Shown piece after piece: positions 9,965 to 22,468 of a DNA stretch of 64,000 nucleotides. The first letter of the stretch is position 1, and each line of letters begins with the position of its first letter. The DNA is taken from positions 17,546,001-17,610,000 of the forward strand of contig NC_045699.1 of NCBI RefSeq assembly GCF_009834535.1, read 5' to 3'. The notes under the pieces are model-generated. The model was not told the DNA's origin. It did not search any database and saw nothing but the letters and a program-made list of their open reading frames with translations. This stretch comes from Camelus ferus. Its lineage: Eukaryota. Both the position numbers and the translations under genes were made by a program.

Positions 9965-12400
9965 CGTGCTACCTGCTGTAACAGGGGAACTGAAAAGGAT
10001 CAGGAATTGAATCACGATAGAAACTTCTCTTTCCTTCTTTAGGAGAACAATGCAGGCATCTCTCATCCGATGACTTTTCTAGTTGGCTTCTTCTCAAGCA
10101 GGCCTCAGGGGCCTGGCTACCCTCGGCTCCCTGGCTTTGCTATACTCAACGTGGAACTGCACACGTGTCTCCACCACTTGAGTCTACTCCACTCAGACAA
10201 GGGAAAATGAATGGTGGGTGCCATGGGATGTTTTCAAGGCCCAGGACGGTACGGGGCAAGATCACTTCCACGCACACTACTGGGCCTGAATTTATGCTCA
10301 CGGGCGTCTAAGCGGAGAAGCTGGGAAACTACTGGGTGACTAACGGAAGAGGAGAGAAGCTCAGTGAATAAGACCACGTCTCACTTTCACACGATTTGTA
10401 CGAGTGATTATCCGGGTGGGAACAAACACCGACCAATATTCCTGCTTGCACACACGTTTGAAAAACCATCTGAGCCAAAGTCTGATTCCACAATTTCACC
10501 TTGGCAAAGTTGACCGGGATGTCCCTCCTTGGAGTTCACAGTATCACTGACTCTTGGAAAGAAGCATTCAAGTCAATAACCAAAGGCATACACTAACGAG
10601 GAAAATGCCCCTGACGTAGACACAGGCCATGTTGTTGCCTTATTTCCTGAGGGAGACATGAAAAGTACGATCACATCATTCCCTGCAAATACTAGAGGAC
10701 TTTAGTGACAGTGCAGACCGAGTCTTCCACTTACGACCAGGCCCGTGATTCTCATCTCGTTTTACCAACTACTGACCATAAAAAACTGAAGAAAATATTC
10801 CTGCAAACTAACTTTTACCAAGACCTCACACAAGATTCAAGTGTAACTTCCCTCGTAGATTAACAGGAAATTCACAGCGCGTCCTTAGACCAGTGTCTCC
10901 TCAGGGCACATGCATCTCGCACGGGCTGCTGTTCTTCTTTCTCCCGTGCTCACCGTCTTTGCTTCTACATGAGCCTGACTGAGCTCTTGCACTGAGCTGC
11001 GACGCAGAGCACTGTCATGCCTGACGTTCCTTCATACTCCTAAGAGCCGATTTTTGCACCAGCGGGCGCACTCTCATTCCCGGCGAGCCCGCATGAATTA
11101 GGAATCAGCTCTCACTGGAATCTTTCCGTATTAGGCCATTAAATTTCAGATTTCCCGAAGCCCTTTCAGAGGTCCTACTCCCTAGCTGTTCTTTTCAACC
11201 AAAAGGAAACCCCCTTTGTAATTAAGTCAGAACGCTATAAAGACTGATTATTATCATGGAAAGAATGGACTTTCAGCTCCCCTCCTGAATTCATTTCTTT
11301 GGCAGTGGAAGTTACTTAACCTCGGTTCTGCACATGTCGATCTTTAAATCATACGTATGTGCGTATGTGACCACCATGGACAAGTCAGCTGTGTAGTAAC
11401 CGGGCTCTGTCTATTCCCTCTGGTATCCTCTGCAACAGGCCCAGGTACAAAACAGCAAGGCAAGGGACGAAGAGACACTCTCTAATCAATTAGAATGACT
11501 GTTGGCTTAGCCATCCAAGGCGATCTCTACTTCTGTTTCCTCAGAAGCTGAGAAATGTCTAAAATGAACATCATGATTTTCGAAAACTGTTTTTGAAAAG
11601 AAGAAAACAATCTCCTCTCTTAAATGATTCGGTAACATAATTGAAAAGATCTGTGTAACTTTCCTTGGAGTATATGCTATTCTCAACTTATAAAGTTTTT
11701 TTTTTTAATGGAAATGGATTTAGGAGAGTAGGTTGTTTTTCATTTTGACTTTCCTTTTATTTTTGTTAGAAAAAAAAACTTGTCAGTTAACTTTATGCTA
11801 GCTGCTGCATCAGGAAAACCGAACGCTGTCAGGAATTTGATCATCATAGAAATTTACCTTTCCTTCCTTTGAGAGCACGATCCAAGCCTTCCCGATCAGA
11901 TGAACAGTCTGGTTACCTCTCCTCCAGAGTGACTCAGGGACCTAAGAACCCTCTGTTTTGTGGATTTTCCACAATCAACGTGTGGCTCCAAAGTCCCCTG
12001 TAGCACTTGGGTCTAGTCCACTCAGCGGTAACGGGAAGAGTATGGTGGATCACATGGGATGTTTTCAGGGGCCAGGACAGTACAGGGCAAGATGACTTCT
12101 GCTCACATTACACGGCCTGAATTTATGCTCATGGCAATCCAAGCGCAAAGATGTTGGGAAGCTTCTGGACGGCTCACGGAAGAGGAGACACTTTCAAGGC
12201 ATAAGACCGCTTTTCATTTTTACACTATTTGCCCTAATGAATTTCTGGGTGGGGTTGGAGGAAAAAAACAAGGTTCTTGCTTGCACACAGTTTATTAAAA
12301 ACCAAACTGACCCCAGTTCTTATTATACAACTTCAGCTTGGGGAAGATGACTTGGATGTCGCTCAGAGTTCACAGCTTCATAGACTGTTTGAAGAAAGCC
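9965..12400 (+). repeat. Diverged direct duplication (about 9965-10560 vs about 11800-12400), origin unknown
   Basis: Shared strings such as atgggatgttttca.g..ccaggac.gtac.gggcaagat.acttc and gcctgaatttatgctca at 10222-10300 and 12055-12130. Confidence 0.75.
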
Positions 12401-13419
12401 TACAAGTTGATTCCCAAAGGCATAAATAAGCTCAGGAGGAAAAAAAATCTACTTCGTTTTCATTCTATCTCTTATTATCATCATGATTTGATTCCCTTCC
12501 TGAATATCCATTGAGCGGCTGAAACAATAGGGAGTGAAATACACATCTGAGAATGTGGAGGAAGATGGTTTCCCTCCCTGTAGGTGTTTGCAGACCCCTG
12601 GGAGGTAGTCTGAGGAGGGGACAAGTCAGGTCAGGCCTCAGTCTCATCTACTGAATGTCAACTACTCTCCCATATAGAGTTTTCTTTTGTAAGAACTGTT
12701 AACAGAAAAGTACACCTATAAAAGGAGACACTACAGGATTCATCGTGCACACGTTCCCATCACCAACTTCAACTACTTTCACTTACTTTCATCTATATCC
12801 TCCCGTTACCTGCTACCTGATGACTCTGTAGCTAATCCCCGAAATCCTAGGACTTAACCAATTCATGTTTCATAATAGATTTCAGTCGGTTGAATTATGA
12901 ATGAAAAGAAAGATAATGTAGTATTTTAAAGAGTTAAGTACTTAAAAATAATGGTGAAGAAAATAATCAAATTTCTCCAATGATTTTGAACAGTTATGAA
13001 TGACTTTTATCTATAAAATTTTTAATACAGTATTTGTATAAATTTCATTTGAAAATGTCAATTGACACATTCCTATTCATACAGGTAAACGTCTTCCATT
13101 CTAAGTCACTCTTGAAAATCAGCTTTAAAGTTAAATTAGAAGTTAATAGCTTTTACGTTTAATGTACAGCTTAAGTGTTGTTTTGTCATTCTTAACCCTG
13201 CACTGACTACAGAGTAAGCTCTGCACTTCCCGTTCCCTAGGTATAAAGGAGAGACCTCCACGGCGTATACAAATGGATACACAGTATATACGTGATATCG
13301 TAATCAACTGATGAAAGGAAGTAGGAGAAAATATCAAAAAGGTTCCTTGGGTAGGGAAAGGAGGCAATGATGAAACAAAAAGGGCTTAGAAACGCTGCCC
13401 TAACCCACTGGGAGAGTGC

Positions 13420-13495
13420 AAACTGAAAAGCAAAAACAGAAGTAGAAAGTAAGAGGAAACATTCAGAAAATGGAAACAACCGGGTCCCCATTTAA
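13420..13495 (+). promoter_or_regulatory. IFN-alpha virus-responsive promoter (GAAA/IRF cluster plus TATA-like CATTTAAG)
   Basis: gaaaagcaaaaacagaagtagaaagtaagaggaaacattcagaaaatggaaac followed by catttaag about 100 nt before the ATG, as in known IFNA promoters. Confidence 0.8.
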
Positions 13496-13593
13496 GACAC
13501 AGGCACAAAGGCAGGTCTTCAGAGAACCTTCAGACACCAGGGCTCACAGAGTCACCCACCTCGGCCAGGCCAGCAGCACCTGCAGTGTCCCCA

Positions 13594-14148
13594 ATGGCTC
13601 GACCCTTGTCTGTACTCATGGCCCTGGTGGCGCTCAGCTTCGACTCCATCTGCTCTCTGGGCTGTGACCTGCCTCAGACCCACAGCCTGGCCACCAGGAG
13701 GACCTTGGTGCTCCTGGGACAAATGAGGAGAATCTCCCCCTCCTCCTGCCTGAAGGACAGACAGGACTTTGGATTCCCTCAGGAGGTCCTTGGTGGCCAC
13801 CGGCTCCAGAAGGCTCAAGCCATCTCTGTCTTCCATGAGCTGGTCCAGCAGCTCTTCCTCCTCTTCAGCACAGAGGGCTCGTCTGCTGCCTGGGAGGACA
13901 GCCTCCTGCACAGACTCTGCACTGGGCTTGATCAGCAGCTGACGGAGCTGGAAGCCTGTCCGAAGCAGGAGGCGGAGCTGCAAGGGCGTCCCCTGCTGAA
14001 TGAGGACCCCATCCTGGCTGTGAGGAGATACTTCCACAGAATCACTCTCTATCTGCAAGAGAAGAAATACAGCCCTTGTGCCTGGGAGATCGTCAGAGCA
14101 GAAGTCATGAGATCCTTCTCTTCAGCGAGACACTTGCAAGAAAGATGA
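13594..14148 (+). CDS. IFNA: Interferon alpha, 184 aa (true ATG at 13594; the ORF track starts at an upstream GTG)
   Basis: 23-aa signal, then CDLPQTHSL...[13 protein letters not shown]...EACPKQE...[36 protein letters not shown]. All four canonical cysteines are present. Confidence 0.95.
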   Translation: MARPLSVLMALVALSFDSICSLGCDLPQTHSLATRRTLVLLGQMRRISPSSCLKDRQDFGFPQEVLGGHRLQKAQAISVFHELVQQLFLLFSTEGSSAAWEDSLLHRLCTGLDQQLTELEACPKQEAELQGRPLLNEDPILAVRRYFHRITLYLQEKKYSPCAWEIVRAEVMRSFSSARHLQER

Positions 14149-14354
14149 AGCAGGAAGGAATGACAGAGGCCTGGTTCAACATGGAAATGATTCTCACTGA
14201 CCAACAAGACCACACGGCCACCCGCCCGGCCGGGTCAAAGACCCTCATTCCTTCTGGAATCAGGACACGAACTGGATCAATCTGTCAAATGTTGTCGGGA
14301 GAATTCAGCAACATCACGTTCTGCTCTGCGGGCACTCGTCTCTCACAGACGCCC

Positions 14355-14410
14355 ATGCTCATCTATCTATTTATTTAAATATTTATTTATTTAACTATTT
14401 ATAAGCTTTA
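14355..14410 (+). promoter_or_regulatory. AU-rich element cluster in the IFNA 3'UTR
   Basis: Overlapping ATTTA pentamers (tatttatttaaatatttatttatttaactatttata). Confidence 0.75.
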
Positions 14411-16377
14411 AATGATTTTTGTCCCTGTAATATGATGTGTACCCGTACACTGTGGCTAATTGAAAAAAAATACACTCTTTGTATTTACTCAATGTATTAT
14501 TTTTTGTTCATTAAATTTTTTTCTATACAAAACTTCTTGTACTTGTTTATTATTTAAAAAAGAAACACCATGTCTGATTGTAACCTCATTAAACAGTGGA
14601 TAGTACCATTCACTACTTCATTACTACGTCACTCAAGGTATAAGTAAAAAGAGATTTTCTCTAAGCCAGGTTATACGTTGCCCGAAGGACATAGAGGTCG
14701 ATGTGACAAATTCAACCCTACTTTCTTGCATCATTGAGTTTTGTAGAGAAACCATCCAAAAAATAACAATCATAATTAATATGAATTATAAAAGTGTTAT
14801 ACTGAGAAGAAGTGGAATAAAAAGTTATTTCTCAGCAGAAGCTGGAACAAGGAAAGTCAAGAAATACAAATGAAAGTAGTAGATATCCTCTGCATTTGAG
14901 TGCTCAACATCTGATTGCAAATAGCTTTTGGAAAAGTGGACTTTTGAGTCTGCAATCCACAAGCAATTACATGAGTTGAAAGCCAAGGAACACAAGTAGT
15001 CCTGTGTGAAAAGTGAATAGAAGGAGAAAAGGACTTAAAACATTGACTCACAGAACCTTCAACTAATAAAGGGAGGCAAGATCCACCAAGGAAACTGAGG
15101 AAGAATGGCCGTAAGTTAACAGGATGAAAGGGAATAGGTTCCCACGAACCTATTTAAAAGGTGAAAACTGCTCCCCAGAATCGCACCGTCGCAAATGTGA
15201 ACTGAAACTGCCCTCTGCATGGGGAAAACAGCTGTCCCTGGTGATCTTACTGGGAGCTGGTCTGGTCGGGTTGATCACCAGACAGCACACTGGGCGAAGG
15301 GTGAATATGAGAGATGAGTGACAATATACGTAGGAACCAGCTTTGAAAGATTTGCCTTCTGAAATGCAGGACAGAAATAGAGCGGTGACTAGAAACAACT
15401 GTGGATGTTTTTGTTTCTTCCTGCACAGTTGTCTCTTTTCAAATATATCTATCTCTAGATAGATTTCATGGATTTGATGTATTGGCAAATCACATTCATA
15501 TGTTAGTATTTTATTGATTTTAAATCATGACATATTGAATTACTTACAATGAGAACTTTTGATTAGTTTGATTAATAGGATGTTGAATGTCACTAAGCTG
15601 CTCTGTTGTTGAAACCGTCAACCGCACGGGAAACAGATGGAACTGACCTCGGTGAGAGCGTGCTTGGTGGAATTAATCAGCAGAAACCGTACTGGAGCAG
15701 CCGCAAGGCGGTAACACAAGAGGAGAATCCCACTGTCACTTTTTTGCCACTTTACTTCTTTCACTCTCATCAGAGTCAGATTTGCATTTGTTTTCCTTTT
15801 GCCTCAGTGCATCCAAGGGCAATGACTGCTTTCTAAGAATGCTGAAGGGAGGACAAAAACAATGACGTATGGAGAATTATGGGAAATAGTGGCATGTTTC
15901 CAGTTTTACTTCCCTATTTTGGTACTAACCTCGAGATGAAACAGAAAGTACTTCAGAAGTAACAAGACAACTCTTGCCCAGGAAAAACCTTTCAATTAAA
16001 ACCAGCATATAAAATTTTAAAGACTCTAGAACTAGTAAAGCAAAGACGGCTAGTTTTCCCGAGCATCAAGTACTGGCCTCGCAGCCCTACATTTTCATTG
16101 TGAGACAGAGAATGATGAATCAAGAAGTTCAGCAGAAATGCGCTGACCGAATAATCTAGGGACGCTTCTTAATTACTCCAACATAAGCCTCCAACGGTAG
16201 GTAAATCATCACTGAATCCCTGGGGCCAGCTCAGAAACTTGAGAATATAGTAAATATTCAACAGTTTAACGAACTGAACTCAAGACAGAAATCAACATTT
16301 AGCAAAATGCAATTCCCTTCAGGTAAAAAGGAGAAAGAAAAAGGGTAACTTTCCCAAAACCCTGTTCCTGTGCACGG

Positions 16378-16378
<1 letters not shown>

Positions 16379-16418
<40 letters not shown>
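16379..16418. repeat. (CA)n microsatellite
   Basis: Direct observation. Confidence 0.95.
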
Positions 16419-16419
<1 letters not shown>

Positions 16420-17093
16420 TGCATCATGTTTGGCTGGTTTCATCTGGAAGCTTTGGAAATACTTCAAACCTGTATATGCGATGAAAACAACAGAGGTTGT
16501 TCACAGAAACACCCTTAGATCCAGAACAGCTGATTGTTTTGGGGAAAAAAACAATTACCCTTGAATAAAAGTTGAAAGTGTGATGAGCTGACTCACGGCC
16601 ATCCACAAAAGAATGAGTTACCGGGGGTTCAGATGGAAGATGTGTGGCTGTGTTCACACTGAGCCGCAGGGTGAGATTACACGTGTGCTAATGAGTGAGG
16701 GGAGGTGGGGCCATAAAGGATAAACATTTTGTGGGTCTTGGAATTAGAACTGAGATGCCTGTGCGCACTCAAAAAAATGAAGAAATCAGCTACAAATTTT
16801 GAGAGAACAGCCTGAAGAGTCATTAGTAGGAAAACGTTGAAAGAGTGGAAAATGCCAGTTGCATTTCTGATCAGGAGGCTCTAGTGAAGCACTTGCCACC
16901 TGCTCATACTTTTGTAGACAAAATCCGACAGTCTCAGTCATTCATCATTTTATCTTGAGCAATTCACACGAACCCTGGATAACGAGAAAATTGTGAACAG
17001 GTCATAGACCTTTCTCCTTCGGCAGTTACTCATCAAATGGTCCCCATTCCTGAAAGGACAAATCCAGAGGAATGAGGAAGCTTGGCTGACTAT

Positions 17094-17491
17094 GGGAGAT
17101 GGATGGCAGCCAGCTCCGGAAGGCCCAGGCCATCTCTGTCCTCCACGAGATGCTCCAGCAGATCCTCAACCTCTTCCCTGCAGAGCGCTCCTCTGCTGCC
17201 TGCGACACCACCCTCCTGGACAAACTCCACACTGGACTCCATCAGCAGCTGGAGGACCTGGACACCTCTTTGGTGCAGGTGATGGGAGAGCAAGACTCTG
17301 CCCAGGGAAGGGCGGGCCCTACACTGGTGCTGAAGAGCTACTTCCAGGGAATCCATCTCTCCCTGAACGAGAAGACATACAGCGACGGTGCCTGGGAAAT
17401 TGTCCGACTGGAAATCATGAGATCCTTCTCTTCATTAACCAACTTGCAAGAAAGGTTAAGAACTAAGGATGGAGACCTGGGGTCACCTTGA
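17094..17491 (+). pseudogene. IFNW: 5'-truncated IFN-omega pseudogene
   Basis: Near-identical to 33607-34194 from GGAGATGG-ATGGCAGCCAG onward, including the 3'UTR. No promoter, signal peptide or helix A upstream. W>C (ACDT) and C>G (SDGAW) changes at conserved sites. Confidence 0.88.
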
Positions 17492-18599
17492 CATGATTCT
17501 CCCTGACCGAGATGCCATGTCACCCTTGCACATTGGTCTGTGGTCACTTCAAAAGACTTACTTTTGCTTTAGCCACAGAATGTATTGAATTAACTCAGTT
17601 AATACTTTGTCTGTAGAAATGAGCAAGGATATGGTAAAATTCCTGAGCTTAAGGATCATCAGTCCCTATGCAATGACTTCCCTGTTATTTATTGTTTATT
17701 TATTTATATTTATTCTTGTAACTTAGATATTTACATTTTCATATAGATGTTACATTGTGTTAAAATTTTAAAAATATGCTCACCTTGCCACTTCATTAAG
17801 TTTGCATGTTGTTTTATGTATTAAATTCTATGAAAGAAAACTTCTTTGTTTTTTTTTAATTCTGAAAACCTAAAACCATATATTTTCTATAGAAATCTCT
17901 CTCAGAATACTATTTGTCCATTATATCTTATGGAACAGTTCTACCACTTTCTAGGAACTGCTCTTCACATAGTGGAGTTCCACGGAATTGAGAGGAGTCC
18001 TGGAAATTACGATAAATGTAGAGTCCTTATGTCACAGGTGTCACGGATTTATATCCAGTTAGCAAAGAGTGGTTGGTAGGTAAACATCTGAGAGGTGTCA
18101 CCTCCTCCAGTGAAGTTGGAACACATAGGGTATTGATCGGCTGCTGCTGCTGCCAGCTCTTCCTCTTCCTCGCACCTGCTCCCCAGTCCTGCTTCCCTGA
18201 ATCGCTCACTTCCTTATCCAGTAACTTCGCTCCCTCCAACTTACTGCCCATCCACACATGTGCTCTCGTTCTGTGCTGCTTTCTAGCTTCAAGGTGTCTC
18301 TTACAGTGGAAGCCACAGGAAGAGAGCAAAAGTGAAAGGAGAGCTCGAGGATTTTCAAAACCTCAGGTAGAAGGAGCCGGGGACATGGGGCTGGATCCCA
18401 GCTCTGTTATTAATAACTGTATGACCCTGAGAAACAACACAAATACCATGCGCCCTAGTTTTCTCATCTTTAATATAGGGACAGGAATCATAATGTTCCA
18501 TAGGATTAGTGTAAGATTTCAGTGTACTTACTTGTAAATTAAAGTTTTTTCAACACCATTGCAGCAGATACTAAACGTTCATATTAAAAGAGATCATAC

Positions 18600-18668
18600 G
18601 TATATATATATATATACATATATATATATGTATACCCACACACACACACACATACACACACACACACA
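18600..18668. repeat. (TA)n/(CA)n compound microsatellite
   Basis: Direct observation. Confidence 0.9.
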
Positions 18669-18699
18669 ATTTCCCTTTCATCACCCGGGGCCCCTTTAA

Positions 18700-19285
18700 G
18701 TCTCGGAGGGTCCCAATATCTAGTCCAGAGTAGAATCCTTTCCCTGAACTGTGTTTCTCCTCAGAAACATTCCTCAGTCTGAGAACACAGCACAACACGC
18801 CCTGCTACCGAGCCGTCAAGCCCCGAAGAAACCCACGCGGGTGTGAACCGCTCGGGCCAAAGCCTCCTGCCAGGAAGGGAAGGACGGGCGCGGGCAGGTG
18901 CGGAAAACGAAGGGCTCTGGGCGGAGCCGCGGCCGGCGGGGACCGGGAGGCCCGAGAAGGAAGCCGACTCACCGCTCTCGCCGCCCCCACGCGCTCGCGG
19001 GGCCCCGGCGGCGCCTCTCCCGGGCCGGGGCTCCTGCCCGCGGCGAACCCCACGTCCTCCCCGTGGCCGCAGCGCCCGAGTCCGTGGGGGCGGGACGCCC
19101 AGGCGGGTCCCGCGGGGTGGGCGGTGCCTGTCGGGCCGGCACGGCGAGCTCGCGCGCCCCCTCCCGGCCGGCGGGGCGCGGTGGAGACAGCTCTGCGCGC
19201 GTTGCTGAGTGGAGGAGGGCTGCTCAGCTTCACTGTGGTCCAAGGGCAGCGCTACATTTCTGGACTCTTGGTCTCTCTAGTTGTT
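18700..19285. promoter_or_regulatory. CpG-island-like block A, copy 2 of 3
   Basis: Core nearly identical to 46090-46530. Minus-strand donor GTGAGT at 18967-18972. Confidence 0.75.
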
Positions 19286-19850
19286 CACATGCACCACGTT
19301 TCTCCGATTGCTACAATCTGGCTTCAGCCTCCCTGTTCTCTTGAAACTGCTCGGCCAAGGTTTACACTAAACTACATGTTGCCTAACTCAGAGATGACTT
19401 GTCAGGCAGCTGTCGGCGGACATCTCAGAAGTATCGGACGCCTACGTGTTCCCACGACCATTTTAAAGTCTGACCTACATCTGGTTCCTACGTCACCACC
19501 ATCCTCTGCTTTTCTGCTCCTCCTCCTCCCCTTCCTTTGTGGACCACTCCCTCTCCTCTCAGGGAATGGCGGGGTTCCTCAAGAGTCTATGCTAGTTCCC
19601 ACACTTCATCTCCTCTGCACAGAGTCCCACCTCCCAAACAGTCCCAAGTGTCATCTCTAGGATTACGACTTCCGTATGCATGTCTTAGCCAAGAGTCTCA
19701 TCTCCAAACATTTGTAATTATCTCCAAACCCATATAGCTACCTCCTACCCCAGAACATCTCCACATACCATGTCCACAATTGACCGTCATGCAATTACCT
19801 GGCGAATCCCTGCACACCCCTGAGATGCCAGCACACCAGTTGCTTCTTCT

Positions 19851-19887
19851 GCAGTCAAATGCTCTCCCACTGAGCTGTACCCCCATT
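19851..19887 (-). pseudogene. Retroposed 5' half of tRNA-Cys(GCA), tailless retropseudogene
   Basis: Minus strand GGGGGTACAGCTCAGTGGGAGAGCATTTGACTGCAGA differs at two positions from my recollection of mammalian tRNA-Cys(GCA) and stops just after the anticodon. It is flanked by the perfect 13-bp direct repeat AGTTGCTTCTTCT (19838-19850, 19888-19900), with no poly(A). Confidence 0.85.
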
Positions 19888-20829
19888 AGTTGCTTCTTCT
19901 GGAAACATTCCATGACCCATGCAAGGCCCACGTGCTCCCAGCATCCCGTACTTTCTCTATCACAGCATCAGCCTCCTTCCATTCACTGCTCTGTTGCACA
20001 CATCCTCACCAAACGGGGAGTTCTGTGAAGGCAGGCAGCACGTCTACTCCTTTCATTGTGTCTGGCACCAGCACAGGGCCAACAAAGACAAAGGGGTAGT
20101 CACTACTTATTGGCTGAAGCTTAAATTCCATGAGCCTATAAATATACTTTGCTTCAGTTCTCTTTCACACAAGGACAGAAATTCAATCGACAAGCATTAG
20201 ACATGTGTCCTCCAGGAAACTGAATCGCTCCTGTTGCTACAACATGCCTTGTGCATCTCCTTCATAGCCCTAGAAAGGCTTCCCTCCTATTTACTTACTC
20301 TTTAAGGCCTGTCTTCTCTGCCAAAGTGCCCTATTTAAGAAAGTAGTACTTCTTTCTTAAGAGGAAGAGTTTATCTACCATTGTACTCACAAGTCAATTG
20401 CTGGGTGCAGAGATAACTGAAATTATTTTAAAACTCAATGAGATGAATAAAACTATGTTCCACTTGGATTTTAAGGCAGATTCAAGGTTTAAGGACACTT
20501 TGTATATCTTTAAGAATATGAGTAAGAACTAACATTTAAATATACCTTTGAAACCCCCATAGACAAGGGAAACAAGACCATAAAGCTGAGCATACAATGC
20601 GATGAAGAAATTCCATAAATACAACAATCATCATAGAAAAAAATGTCTATTTATTACAAATTTAAAACGCAGAGTTTCTCAATTCAAAGTATAGTTTCCT
20701 CTAAGTATTGCAAAACAATCTGCCGGGATGACTCAGTGCATTTACAACTGAAGAACAAAGGGCCTTGAACTGTGTGAATATTGACCCGCTTGAGGCCACA
20801 TGGGAGGCACTAAGACTCAGTGGTGAAAG

Positions 20830-21377
20830 GCTGCGCGCAGGTCTCCTTTCCAGCTCCGGGGTTTTCTCGGAGATGATGACACAGAGAGAGCACATACTGA
20901 CTTTCTCATCTTCCAGTTTGACAGAGTCCCGGGCACAGCAGCTCTGTGCTTTCTTCCCACATCGAGCGGGGCCTTGGAAGGAGCTCTTCAAAGTCTGGCT
21001 GGAGTCCTCACTGCCCAGGGGGTATTTTCCTCCCCACCTCCTGCTCCAGCCTGGTCTCCAGATCCTCCCTCTGCTGATGCAGCCCAGTGAGGGATTTAGG
21101 CTGTTTGGGCTGAAGAGGCTGAAGGCCTGCTGGAGCATCTCATGAAAGAAGAGGTGGCCTGAGCGCTTGGGAACCGGCTGCTGTCCAGCTGGTTCTGGGG
21201 GAACTAGAAAACATGCTCGTCCTCCAGGCAGGGAAACAAGGAAGAGTCTCTCATCTGGTGCAGAACTGTGACGGTCTCCGGCTCTGGCGGGCCATGCTTC
21301 TGGGCCGGGTTACAGCTAAGGGTGTGGACAGACCTGGAGAGCACCGCCCTGCAGGTCCTCAGTGAGGAGGCTGGCAG
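20830..21377 (-). pseudogene. Divergent type I IFN pseudogene (subtype unresolved)
   Basis: Mosaic translation LSRSVHTLS-CNPAQKHG..VLHQMRDSSLFPCLEDEHVF*FPQNQLDSSRF..(fs)HEMLQQAFSLFS..(del)TGLHQQREDLETRLEQE..(fs)LGSEDSSQTLKSSFQG..CARDSVKLE. It has a stop and frameshifts, and no ATG (CTG at 21377). Confidence 0.8.
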
Positions 21378-21479
21378 CCCCTGCTGAGCCTGGTGATGTA
21401 GCTGATCAGCTGTGCAGCCTTCACCCAGCTCCTCTGAGCACCTTCCTGCACGGGAGAGTCTTCAACGGAACAAGGCTGT

Positions 21480-21540
21480 CGTTTCTCTGCTTGTCCCATG
21501 TTTGTTTCCACTTTTTCCAGTTTCTCTTCCATTTTTCAGC
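21480..21540 (-). promoter_or_regulatory. IRF-type GAAA cluster upstream of the minus-strand IFN pseudogene
   Basis: Minus strand gaaaaatggaagagaaactggaaaaagtggaaac. Confidence 0.5.
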
Positions 21541-22434
21541 AGAAGATAATGTCACAGCTTCAATACCTCGTATGTATTGTTACGCTGGAAGTTAAACACA
21601 GTCATGGAAAATGACAGAATATCAATCCAATAGGATATGTTTGCCTGAATTAGACCCAAGAAAGAAAACCTGAGTCTCAATCCATCTTTTTCAAAATTTT
21701 AATGAGAATACTTAGACATTTAACTTTAAGAATACATCAGATATTATTCTATAATAATATCCCATTATAGCTATTTTCCATAAGAAAATGTCATAGAAAA
21801 TAGTTTACTGTATTTTCACGCCTCCTAATGCACCAAAATACAAGTGGCCTCACCTCTCTGCATTTCCCTTTTACGGTCTAAGGCATTAGATTTGAATCCT
21901 CCGCATGTCTTTACAGAAGTCATAGCTCACGTTTCTGGACACTGTCTATGTATAATAGGGGCATAAATGTTAACAGCAAGGTTTAATCCATAACCTTCTC
22001 TTCATTTTGTCACCATCGTAGGCTAACTGCACACATATGTGACAATGTGCTTGGCAATGTGGATTCCAGGAGAGGAAGACAGGGACGGTGACTGCGGTCC
22101 AGGGAGCCGGGAAGACAGACATGAGAGGTAGGGTGAGGATGAAGGAGGCCCCAGCAGCATCAGGGCAGCTGAGGGCAAGGGCTCACAGCTGATGACCAGG
22201 AGGGCCTGGGAGCAGCAGGAGCCTCCACTCTGACAAAAGCTGTGCCTCCTGACTTAAATGACTGGTGACTTTCATTGCCTCTTTCAAAACATCAAGACAA
22301 GTTTAGCGCTGGTCACCAGGGAAATTATAAAGATGGAATGAAATAAAGTTTGCAAAATACAGGCTGAGAGAGAACAGAGTGAATGACAGCTGCCTGGAGC
22401 ATGAATACAACACCCAGGAAGCTGTCCGGTCCCC

Positions 22435-22468
22435 GCTCAGCCCAGCCCAGCCCAGCCCAGCCCAGCCC
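22435..22468. repeat. (CCCAG)n pentanucleotide repeat
   Basis: Direct observation. Confidence 0.9.

Noticed and set aside
13552-14058. Antisense and alternate-frame ORFs over IFN genes (also 17090-17356, 33727-34059, 56767-57258, 56789-57280, 60467-61054)
   Set aside because: These are shadow ORFs of the IFN coding sequence. Their recurrence reflects paralogy, not independent conservation.
19795-19812. TTACCTGGC resembling the U1 snRNA 5' end
   Set aside because: The match is only 9 nt and does not continue into U1 sequence.
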